Under the pieces are notes generated by a model that was given only the letters and a program-made list of their open reading frames with translations, searched no databases and had not been told where the DNA came from. This document shows positions 1-6,672 of a stretch of DNA of 12,588 nucleotides, in pieces. The DNA is from Thermoplasmata archaeon (GTDB lineage: Archaea > Thermoplasmatota > SW-10-69-26 > JACQPN01 > JAJPHT01). A program made the position numbers and the translations under genes. Position 1 is the stretch's first letter. Each line of letters opens with the position of its first letter. Where the stretch lies: assembly GCA_034667685.1 (NCBI GenBank), contig JAXDQU010000024.1, forward strand, positions 1 through 12,588, written 5' to 3'.

Positions 1-104
1 GATAGCAGGGCAATCAGCGCGACGAGCGCAGCGAGGAGCGCCCGTCGTAGCCCCCCTGGGATCAGGGGGGTTGGGGGGTCGATGGTGGCCCGGCCCCGCG
101 GCAA
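1..104 (-). CDS. Possible 5' end of an exported-protein gene running off the left edge (partial, start uncertain)
   Basis: The minus strand from 65 to 1 reads LIPGGLRRALLAALVALIALL, a basic-then-hydrophobic signal-peptide-like stretch. The nearest in-frame candidate starts are CTG (65) and TTG (104). No product can be assigned. Confidence 0.35.
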   Translation of the reverse strand, partial: MPRGRATIDPPTPLIPGGLRRALLAALVALIALL

Positions 105-170
105 GCAACGCCACTCGGCAATCCCCGAAGCTGGACGGCGGCGGGGCGGGCCTCGCGAACGCGGGTGGAA

Positions 171-1094
171 TCACGCCGCGGCAGAGCCGCCGCCCGCGTC
201 CTGGGCTTCCATCTCGGCGATCTCGCGCTCGATGCGCTCGAGGTCGGCCTGGCGCTTGGCGAGCATGGTGTCGTACTGGAGCTTGGTGAGGCCGCCGGCC
301 TCGTGGCGCTTGCGCAGGAGGTCCATCGTCTTCAGGACGTCCGCGCGCTTGGCCTCCAGGATCTGCAGCTCGCGGCGCTGCTCGCGCACCTGCTCCTGCT
401 GGCGGATCTCGGCCTTGATCTCGGCCGCGCGCTCCGGGTCCTTCTGCTGCGCGCGCTGGAGCTCCTTCTCCATCTCCATCTCGCGCATGACCTGGCTGCG
501 CTTGGGGCCCTCGTTCATCTTGCGCCGCACGCTGCGCTGGCGCAGGCCCACCACGACGGCGCCCAGGACGACCAGCGCCGCGAGCCCGCCGCCGACGTAC
601 CACGACGTGGGCACGCCGGGCGCCGGAGCCGGCGCGACGACGGCCTGCACCGCGACGGAGCCCGTGGCGCTCGCCTGCGCGACCTGCGTGCCGTTGTCGA
701 GCGCGACGACCGACAATTGATAGCTCGCGTTGCCGCCGTCGGCGGGCGCGACGAAGTTCGCGGCCCGATAGCTCCACGTGTCGTTGCCCGCCGCCTCGAT
801 CGTCAGCGTCGCGTTGTCGAAGCGCAGCGAGCTGCTCGTGAGGTTGACGACGACGCTCCGGTTGCCCGAGAGCCCCTGGACGCCCACCCAGAGGATGCCG
901 CTGCCGCCCGCGTCCGCCGTGGCGTTCATCGTCGCCGCGTCGGGCCCCACGAAGTGCGTGAGGTTCAGCCCCGTGGTGCCCAACACGATGCGGGGCGCGC
1001 CGGCGGGCGGCTGCGTCGGGTCGGCCTGCGCCAGCGCCGCCGGGACGACGAGGGCGAGGGCCAGGGCAAGCGCGAGGGCGAGGACGCGGGACAT
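171..1094 (-). CDS. Type I membrane protein, 307 aa: signal peptide, beta-rich ectodomain, one TM helix, cytoplasmic coiled coil with SHOCT-like end
   Basis: ATG at 1094 gives MSRVLALALALALALVVPAALAQ (signal peptide). The TM segment WYVGGGLAALVVLGAVVVGL is followed by RQRSVRRK. The tail is an E/Q/R/K-rich helix containing MDLLRKRHEAGGLTKLQYDTMLAKR (SHOCT-like pattern). The ORF-track extension to 1250 is only the translated intergenic repeat. Confidence 0.85.
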   Translation of the reverse strand: MSRVLALALALALALVVPAALAQADPTQPPAGAPRIVLGTTGLNLTHFVGPDAATMNATADAGGSGILWVGVQGLSGNRSVVVNLTSSSLRFDNATLTIEAAGNDTWSYRAANFVAPADGGNASYQLSVVALDNGTQVAQASATGSVAVQAVVAPAPAPGVPTSWYVGGGLAALVVLGAVVVGLRQRSVRRKMNEGPKRSQVMREMEMEKELQRAQQKDPERAAEIKAEIRQQEQVREQRRELQILEAKRADVLKTMDLLRKRHEAGGLTKLQYDTMLAKRQADLERIEREIAEMEAQDAGGGSAAA

Positions 1095-1129
1095 GGGACG
1101 GGCGCCGAAAAGGAAACCGCACCATGAAA

Positions 1130-1250
1130 CTTGGGAGGCTGAGGGAGGCGTGGGGAGGCTGAGGGAGACGAAGGGAGGCGAAGGGTGTTGCACGCCCCCC
1201 GCCTCCCCCAGCCTCCCTTCGCCTCCCTCAGCCTCCCCACGCCTCCCCAC
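1130..1250. repeat. Inverted tandem-repeat element 1: 10-bp unit NNNGGGAGGC array followed by its reverse-complement array
   Basis: Left units from 1130: cttgggaggc tgagggaggc gtggggaggc tgagggagac gaagggaggc gaaggg. Right units at 1201-1250: gcctccccca gcctcccttc gcctccctca gcctccccac gcctccccac. Positions 1143-1179 pair with 1211-1247 at 36 of 37 positions. Confidence 0.95.
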
Positions 1251-1269
1251 GTGAGCGGCAGCCCCAGCC

Positions 1270-1277
1270 CTTTTATG
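1270..1277 (+). promoter_or_regulatory. Putative archaeal TATA box for rpl18a-pfdA-ftsY (leaderless geometry)
   Basis: CTTTTATG is the only AT-rich patch nearby. It lies 24-31 nt upstream of the ATG at 1301, and no SD precedes that ATG. Confidence 0.6.
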
Positions 1278-1300
1278 TCCCAGCCGTCATCGCCGCCCCG

Positions 1301-1534
1301 ATGAAAGTCTTCCGCGTCCAAGGCAAGTTCCGCATGGGGCACATCATGAACGCCCCCTTCACGCTCGAGGTCATCGGCGCCGACGACCACGGCGCGCGCG
1401 ACACCATCTTCGCGACGCTGGGCAGCCGCCACCGCGTCAACCGCCACCAGGTCTGGATCGAGAAGGTCACGGAGATCAAGCCCGACCAGATCACGGACCC
1501 CGCCGTCGAGAAGAAGCTCTCGCTGGTGAAGTAA
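1301..1534 (+). CDS. rpl18a: 50S ribosomal protein L18Ae / LX (eL20)
   Basis: 77-aa basic protein, MKVFRVQGKF...FTLEV...IFATLGSRHRVNRHQVWIEKVTEI, matching the LX family pattern (GSxHxxxRxxIxI). It sits directly before pfdA and ftsY, the conserved archaeal order. Confidence 0.92.
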   Translation: MKVFRVQGKFRMGHIMNAPFTLEVIGADDHGARDTIFATLGSRHRVNRHQVWIEKVTEIKPDQITDPAVEKKLSLVK

Positions 1535-1535
1535 G

Positions 1536-1973
1536 GTGGCCGCGCAGCCGCAGCAGCCCCGGGGTCCCTCGGAGCAGGAGATCCAGCAGCTCCTCGTGCG
1601 CGGCGACACGCTGCGCCAGCAGCTCGCGGCGCTCGAGGCCCAGCGCGAGTACGTGGGCGAGGTGCTCCTCGAGACGCGCCGCTCGCAGCTTACGCTGGAG
1701 AACTTGGAGAAGGCGCGCGCGGGCGACGAGATCCTCGTGCCGCTGGGCGCCGGCGCGTTCGCGCACGCCACGCTGCGCGACCCGGCCACCTCGCTGGCGA
1801 GCCTGGGCTCCGGCGTCCACGCCGAGCTTCCCACGCCCGAGGCCGCGGCCCGCCTGCGCGCCCGCGGCGAGCAATTGGAGAAGACGGCCGACGCCCTGGC
1901 GCAGGACGCCGCGCGCGTGGGCGACGAGCTGGCCCGCATCAACGCCGTGATGGAGCAGGTCTACGGCGGCTGA
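1536..1973 (+). CDS. pfdA: Prefoldin subunit alpha
   Basis: 145 aa with coiled coil / beta-hairpin / coiled coil layout: EILVPLGAGAFAHATL and SLGSGVHAE. GTG start 1 nt after the rpl18a stop. Conserved gene context. Confidence 0.93.
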   Translation: MAAQPQQPRGPSEQEIQQLLVRGDTLRQQLAALEAQREYVGEVLLETRRSQLTLENLEKARAGDEILVPLGAGAFAHATLRDPATSLASLGSGVHAELPTPEAAARLRARGEQLEKTADALAQDAARVGDELARINAVMEQVYGG

Positions 1974-1979
1974 TCTCGC

Positions 1980-3458
1980 ATGGGCATGTTCGACAACCTC
2001 AAGAAAGCGCTCAAGAGCTTCACCGGCAAGGTCGCCGAGGAGACGACGCTGGAGGACGCGCCGTCCGGGCCCGCCGCGCCGCCCAAGAAGTTCGAGGTCG
2101 TCGAGTCCAAGCCCGCCGCGAAGCCCGCCCCGAAGAAGTCTGTCGACGACGAGATGGACGCCGAGATCGCGGCGCTCGAAGCCGAGATCGAGGCGGAGCT
2201 TGCGGCCGAGAAGGCCAAGCCCGCACCGCCAGGGAGGGCAACGCCGGACCGCAGTCCGGCGGAGCCAGCGAAGCCCGCGCCGGCTCCCGCGCCTGCGGCC
2301 AAGCCCACGCCTCCGCCCGCGCCCGCGCCGAAGCCGGCCCCTGCTCCAGCATCTGCGCCGCCGGCGCCGGTCGCGAAGCCTGCCGCGCCCATCGTCCAGC
2401 CCCCCGCGCCGAAGCCCGTCGCCACGCCGCCGCCCGCCCCGGCGCCGAAGCTCGTGGCGCCCGCCCCCGCCGCGCCCGTCGTGCAGCCGCCCGCGCCCAA
2501 GCCGCAGCCCGCGGCCCCCGCGCCCAAGCCTCAGCCTCAGCCTCAGCCTCAGCCTCAGCCCGCGGCGCCCCAGCGCCAGCCCGAGCCCTCGCCGAAGGCG
2601 GGCAAGGCGATCCAGCTCGACAAGATCGACGACCTCCTCTGGGACCTGGAGCTATCACTCCTGGAGGCGGACGTCGCGATGACGGTCGTCGAGGCGATCA
2701 AGGAGACGCTGAAGGAGAGGCTCGCGGCCGTGCGCGTCTCGGGTCCCGAGGACGTGCCCGCGGCGGTGGAGAACGCGCTGCGCGAATCGCTCCTGGAGAC
2801 GCTCTCCGTCAAGCCGCTCGACTTCGACACGTTCGTGCTGGAGAAGACGCTGGAGAAGAAGCCCGTCGTCATCATGTTCGTGGGCGTCAACGGCACGGGC
2901 AAGACGACGAGCATCGGCCGCGTCGCCTTCCGTCTCAAGGAGAACGGCTACACGACCGTGATGGCCGCGGGCGACACGTTCCGCGCCGGCGCGATCCAGC
3001 AACTGGAGAAGCACGCCGAGAAGGTCGGCGTCACGCTCATCAAGACCAACGCGGGCGGCGACCCGGCCGCCGTCGCGTTCGACGCCATCGAGCACGCCAA
3101 GGGCCGCATGAAGGACGTGGTGCTCCTCGACACCGCGGGCCGCATGCAGACCAACACGAACCTGATGGACGAGATGAAGAAGATCAAGCGCGTCGCCAAG
3201 CCCGACCTCATCGTCTTCGTGGGCGACTCGCTGGCGGGCAACGACGCCGTCGAGCAGGCCATCCAGTTCGACAAGGCGGTCGGCATCGACGCCGTCATCC
3301 TCACCAAGGTCGACACCGACGCCAAGGGCGGCGCCGCGCTCTCCATCGCGAAAGCGGTCGGCAAGCCGATCCTCTTCCTGGGCGTCGGGCAGGAGTACGG
3401 CGACATGGTTCCGTACGATCCCCAGTGGATGGTCAACCGCATCTTCGAAGCTGCCTGA
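1980..3458 (+). CDS. ftsY: Signal recognition particle receptor FtsY with long Pro/Ala/Lys/Gln-rich N-terminal linker
   Basis: SRP-GTPase motifs GVNGTGKTT, DTFRAGA, DTAGR, TKVD, KGG and GVGQ. N domain LELSLLEADV. Amphipathic start MFDNLKKALKSF. No C-terminal M domain, so not SRP54. The start could be 1980 or 1986. Confidence 0.97.
   Translation: MGMFDNLKKALKSFTGKVAEETTLEDAPSGPAAPPKKFEVVESKPAAKPAPKKSVDDEMDAEIAALEAEIEAELAAEKAKPAPPGRATPDRSPAEPAKPAPAPAPAAKPTPPPAPAPKPAPAPASAPPAPVAKPAAPIVQPPAPKPVATPPPAPAPKLVAPAPAAPVVQPPAPKPQPAAPAPKPQPQPQPQPQPAAPQRQPEPSPKAGKAIQLDKIDDLLWDLELSLLEADVAMTVVEAIKETLKERLAAVRVSGPEDVPAAVENALRESLLETLSVKPLDFDTFVLEKTLEKKPVVIMFVGVNGTGKTTSIGRVAFRLKENGYTTVMAAGDTFRAGAIQQLEKHAEKVGVTLIKTNAGGDPAAVAFDAIEHAKGRMKDVVLLDTAGRMQTNTNLMDEMKKIKRVAKPDLIVFVGDSLAGNDAVEQAIQFDKAVGIDAVILTKVDTDAKGGAALSIAKAVGKPILFLGVGQEYGDMVPYDPQWMVNRIFEAA
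2529..2558 (+). repeat. (CCTCAG)5 perfect in-frame microsatellite encoding PQPQPQPQPQ in ftsY
   Basis: Five exact copies read directly from 2529-2558. Confidence 0.95.
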
Positions 3459-3548
3459 GCGCGGAGGCAGAATCTTTCCTGCCCGGCTTGACGACGCCGC
3501 GAAGCCTTGGATCTCCGCGCCGAAGGAATCGGCTTGGAGCGTTTCCCC

Positions 3549-3893
3549 ATGAAGACCATCATCCTGCTCGTCAGCCTCGCCCTCGCGCTGCTCGCCTTCC
3601 CCCATGCGTCCGCGGACAGCGCGGGCGCCACCTGCGCCGGGGCGTTCGAGAGCGTCGACCAGCACGTGCATGACGTCGAGTACGCGGACTGCGAGGCGTG
3701 GACCAAGGGCGCCGCCGTGGGCCTCCCGTTCGTGGGCCAGGTCGTCGGCATCTCGTACGTGTCGGTGCACAACCACTGCGACCAGCCCCTCTCCACGGCG
3801 GGCGACGCGTGCTCGCTCGACGTCTGCACCGACCTCCTCGGCAGCGGCGCGTGCACCTGGTCGTACAACCCCTACACGATCCCGGCCCTGTAG
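3549..3893 (+). CDS. Small secreted protein with six cysteines, 114 aa, unknown function
   Basis: ATG at 3549 preceded by GGAG (3536-3539). Signal peptide MKTIILLVSLALALLAFPHASA. Codons end mostly in G/C. Six Cys in the mature part. Confidence 0.75.
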   Translation: MKTIILLVSLALALLAFPHASADSAGATCAGAFESVDQHVHDVEYADCEAWTKGAAVGLPFVGQVVGISYVSVHNHCDQPLSTAGDACSLDVCTDLLGSGACTWSYNPYTIPAL

Positions 3894-3980
3894 GCCCTGC
3901 AACCCATCGCAACCGACCTCCGGGAGGGGAGTGGGCGCGCCACAAGGCCCATATCCCCCCACCCTGTCCCAGCCTTTGCC

Positions 3981-4685
3981 ATGGCCCGCGCCATCGTCCT
4001 CACCCTCCTGGCTGCCCTGTCCGTCCTGCTGGCCGGCTGCGCCTCCAAGTCGGGGGACGACCTGACGCCGCCGCCCGACCAGACGCCGACCTTCGAGGAG
4101 GCTGCCGCCCCGACGCCGAACGCGACGGCCAACGCCACGGCCTCGGCCGGCGGCGCCAACGCGACCGCGTCCAACAACGCCACGGCGGGCGACATGCCCA
4201 CCGATCCGGGCAACTGCATGGGCGGCATGGACATGCCCGGCTGCACCGCCGCGCAGGCCGCGCGCTACTACGCCTACATGGAGGCCAAGGCGGGCCCACG
4301 CCCCGACGAGACGCTGCCCCCCATCAAGATCCCGCTCACCCCGCAGGGCGACAGCGAGAAGGCCACCATCTCGCTCGACGAGAAGATCGTCACGCTGCTC
4401 GTCACGGTGCACCTCAACGACACGGGCAACGGCCCCTACCTCGCGCTGGGCCCCGGCGGCATGGGCGACCTCTCGCTGGAGCTGAAGGGCGCCAGCACGA
4501 CCAAGACCATCCCGCTCACCGGCAGCGCGAACAGCGTCGGCGTCGACCCCGCGAGCAGCCTCGCGATGACGTTCCAGACGACGATCAGCGCCCCCGAGCC
4601 GAGCGCCTGGACGCTCACCGTCTCGGGCCAGGGCCAGGGCGCCGAGGTCGTCGTGAACCTCGTCGAGCGCTTCGTGGCGAGCTGA
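3981..4685 (+). CDS. Putative lipoprotein, 234 aa, unknown function
   Basis: MARAIVLTLLAALSVLLAGC has an LAGC lipobox. It is followed by a linker with repeated NAT sequons, a CMGGMDMPGC motif and a beta-rich C-terminal domain. Confidence 0.85.
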   Translation: MARAIVLTLLAALSVLLAGCASKSGDDLTPPPDQTPTFEEAAAPTPNATANATASAGGANATASNNATAGDMPTDPGNCMGGMDMPGCTAAQAARYYAYMEAKAGPRPDETLPPIKIPLTPQGDSEKATISLDEKIVTLLVTVHLNDTGNGPYLALGPGGMGDLSLELKGASTTKTIPLTGSANSVGVDPASSLAMTFQTTISAPEPSAWTLTVSGQGQGAEVVVNLVERFVAS

Positions 4686-4901
4686 TTGCAGACCTGGCTC
4701 TTCCGCGAGGGCGACAAGCTCGTCGCCGTCCTGATGTCCTCGCAGGCCGACGCCAAGCTGACCGCCGCCGACCTCGCCAAGCTGGAGGCCGAGTTCCTGG
4801 CCGCGACGCCCGCGGGCTATCAAAAGACGAGGGCCGAGTTCGCGCGCTGGCTGCGCAACGCGAGGAACTGGCGCGGGCTCTACCATCTCGAGTATCCGTA
4901 G
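4686..4901 (+). CDS. Small hypothetical protein, 71 aa
   Basis: The TTG start abuts the upstream TGA, suggesting coupling. Codons are G/C-ending like the neighbouring genes and the composition is protein-like. Confidence 0.65.
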   Translation: MQTWLFREGDKLVAVLMSSQADAKLTAADLAKLEAEFLAATPAGYQKTRAEFARWLRNARNWRGLYHLEYP

Positions 4902-4918
4902 CGCGCCCCCGGCGTCGT

Positions 4919-5045
4919 ACGTTCACGTTCTCGTTCACGTTCTCGGCGTTCGTTCAACGTTCACGTTGTCGTTGCACGTTGCACGTGAAACGGGAAACGT
5001 GCGACGTGAACGTTGAACGACGCCCGTGAACGAGAACGTGAACGT
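4919..5045. repeat. Inverted tandem-repeat element 2: CGTTC(A/T) hexamer array folding back on itself
   Basis: 4919-4939 (acgttcacgttctcgttcacg) is the exact reverse complement of 5025-5045 (21 bp). 4950-4966 pairs exactly with 5004-5020 (17 bp), and 4974-4980 with 4996-5002 (7 bp). It fills the gap between two convergent stop codons. Confidence 0.95.
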
Positions 5046-5048
5046 GCG

Positions 5049-6491
5049 TCACGATAGCATCGGCGTCAGCGCGTCGTCCAGCTTCAGCACGTACAGCCCG
5101 GAGCCGCGTTCGCTGACCAGGAGGTACGTCTGCCCGTCCGTGGGGCTCGTGAACCACTTGGCGTCGTAGACGTTGGGGAAGTACGCCTCGGGGAAGTTGG
5201 GCGTCTTGCGCCAGATCTGCCCCTGGAAGGGGCTCGTCTCGTTGCCGTGCGGCTCGTAGAAGGCGACGGCGTACGGCTTGGCGGGGTCGCTGACGTTGAG
5301 CACCCAGACGCCCGCGTGGTAGTGCGCGACGGCCATGAGGTCGCCCGCGAACGCAAAATTGTGGGGGCTCATCAGGAACGGCTCGCTGTTCTCGACGAAT
5401 CCCGGCAGGCGCCAGTTGCCGATCTGCTTGAACGCGGTCGGGTCCGTCACGTCGTACGCACGCAGGTAGCCGGGTTCGCCGGGTGATAGCGAGATCTCGG
5501 GGCCGCTCCACGCGATCACCTTGCCGCTCCGGCTCGTGGGGTCGGGGCGGAAGAAGTGGATGTCGTTGCGCGTGCTGGGCGCCATCACGTCGTCCACGTG
5601 CAGCAGCGTCGGGTTCGCCGGGTTGGTGATATCAACAATGACCGCGCCGCAGTCCCAGTAGGCGACGTAGAGGAGGAGCTGGTGCGTCAGCGGATGCTCC
5701 TGCGCCCACTGGTCGTGGGGGAAGCAGCCGTCGGGCTCGACGGCGGTGAAGCTCGCGGGCAGCGCGAACGTGCCCACGGTGAGGAGCGTCGGCCCCGCGG
5801 GCGTCTCCACGAGCTGCGCGATCTTGACGTTGTTACCCGGCGGAGGCGTGTAGACGCCGCCCGTGGGCAACGCCTGGCGGTCGGGCTGGCCGTTGTAGAT
5901 GAGATAGCGATTGCCCTGCCACTCCGTGTAGAACATGACGTGGCTGCCGAGCACCTCGACGGGGACGAACGCCGCGAGCTTCGGGTGCGCCTTGTCGCGC
6001 ACGTCCACGATCTGGATGCCCAGCCCGTCGCCCGCGGTCGGATTGCCCACGACGTCCATCGCGCCCGGCTGGCGCTGGAGGTTCATGAAGACGTAATCGC
6101 CTTCCGGCGTGGGGACCGCTTCCTGGCTCGCGCCGCCCGGCGTGCTGTACTGCGCGACGAGGCGCGGGTGGGCCGGGTCGCTGACGTTGACGATGAGGAA
6201 GCCCGCGTGGTCGCCGTCGGTCCCGATGTAGGCAAGATCGCCCACGATGCGGAGGCCGGCGAAGCCTTCCTTGCCGATCTCCTGCGGGATCAGCGGGCTC
6301 CAGTTGACCAGCGAGATGCCGTACTTGGCCGTGTGCAGCGAGGCGTCCGTGTGGTTGTGCTTCATCTCGATGGGCTCGCCGATGGCGTCGGCGAACCCGG
6401 AGGCGGACTGCGGCGCGACGGGCGGGGCGCGCGGGGCGCTCACGCAGCCGGCGACCAGGATGGCCAGGAGGCCCAGGGTGAGCGCGCGCAC
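5049..6491 (-). CDS. LVIVD-repeat (beta-propeller) lipoprotein, 480 aa
   Basis: GTG at 6491 with SD GGAGGT (6504-6499). Lipobox in MRALTLGLLAILVAGC. Repeats GFLIVNVSDPAHP, GIQIVDVRDKAHP, GAVIVDITNPANP, YLRAYDVTDPTAF and GVWVLNVSDPAKP match the LVIVD pattern. Confidence 0.88.
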   Translation of the reverse strand: MRALTLGLLAILVAGCVSAPRAPPVAPQSASGFADAIGEPIEMKHNHTDASLHTAKYGISLVNWSPLIPQEIGKEGFAGLRIVGDLAYIGTDGDHAGFLIVNVSDPAHPRLVAQYSTPGGASQEAVPTPEGDYVFMNLQRQPGAMDVVGNPTAGDGLGIQIVDVRDKAHPKLAAFVPVEVLGSHVMFYTEWQGNRYLIYNGQPDRQALPTGGVYTPPPGNNVKIAQLVETPAGPTLLTVGTFALPASFTAVEPDGCFPHDQWAQEHPLTHQLLLYVAYWDCGAVIVDITNPANPTLLHVDDVMAPSTRNDIHFFRPDPTSRSGKVIAWSGPEISLSPGEPGYLRAYDVTDPTAFKQIGNWRLPGFVENSEPFLMSPHNFAFAGDLMAVAHYHAGVWVLNVSDPAKPYAVAFYEPHGNETSPFQGQIWRKTPNFPEAYFPNVYDAKWFTSPTDGQTYLLVSERGSGLYVLKLDDALTPMLS

Positions 6492-6512
6492 GGCCCTGAC
6501 CTCCGCGGCTGA

Positions 6513-6529
6513 ATCTAAAGCCTTGTGGC
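6513..6529 (-). promoter_or_regulatory. Putative BRE/TATA for the LVIVD lipoprotein gene
   Basis: The minus strand reads GCCACAAGGCTTTAGAT, with TTTA 25-28 nt upstream of the GTG at 6491. Confidence 0.45.
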
Positions 6530-6565
6530 AGCCGGCCCGCGCTCCGCGCCAGATTTCGCCATGCG

Positions 6566-6625
6566 CGGGACTCCGGGCTCTGGACTCCGGGCTCAGGGCT
6601 CCGGAGTCCAGAGCCCGGAGTCCCG
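6566..6625. repeat. Inverted tandem-repeat element 3: GGRCTCH heptamer array, perfect 25-bp stem with 10-nt loop
   Basis: Units from 6568: ggactcc gggctct ggactcc gggctca gggctcc, then ggagtcc agagccc ggagtcc. 6566-6590 is the exact reverse complement of 6601-6625. A stray agagccc unit lies at 6630-6636. Confidence 0.95.
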
Positions 6626-6672
6626 ATGGAGAGCCCGATTGCCTTTTCCCGGAAGCCCCAGTTGCGGAGCGC

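Noticed and set aside
51-70. Hairpin cccccctg-ggat-cagggggg
   Set aside because: Only 8 bp, mostly homopolymer, and possibly within a coding 5' end. It is not built from tandem units like the other elements.
1050-1083. gagggc-like hexamer run
   Set aside because: Explained by the LALALALAL signal peptide of the 171-1094 gene. It has no inverted partner.
1130-1250. CRISPR interpretation of this or the other repeat arrays
   Set aside because: The units are 6-10 bp, contiguous and inverted, with no unique spacers and no cas genes in the window.
4919-5045. MITE/IS or classical intrinsic terminator interpretation
   Set aside because: I saw no target-site duplication, no transposase, no sequence shared among the four elements and no U-tract.
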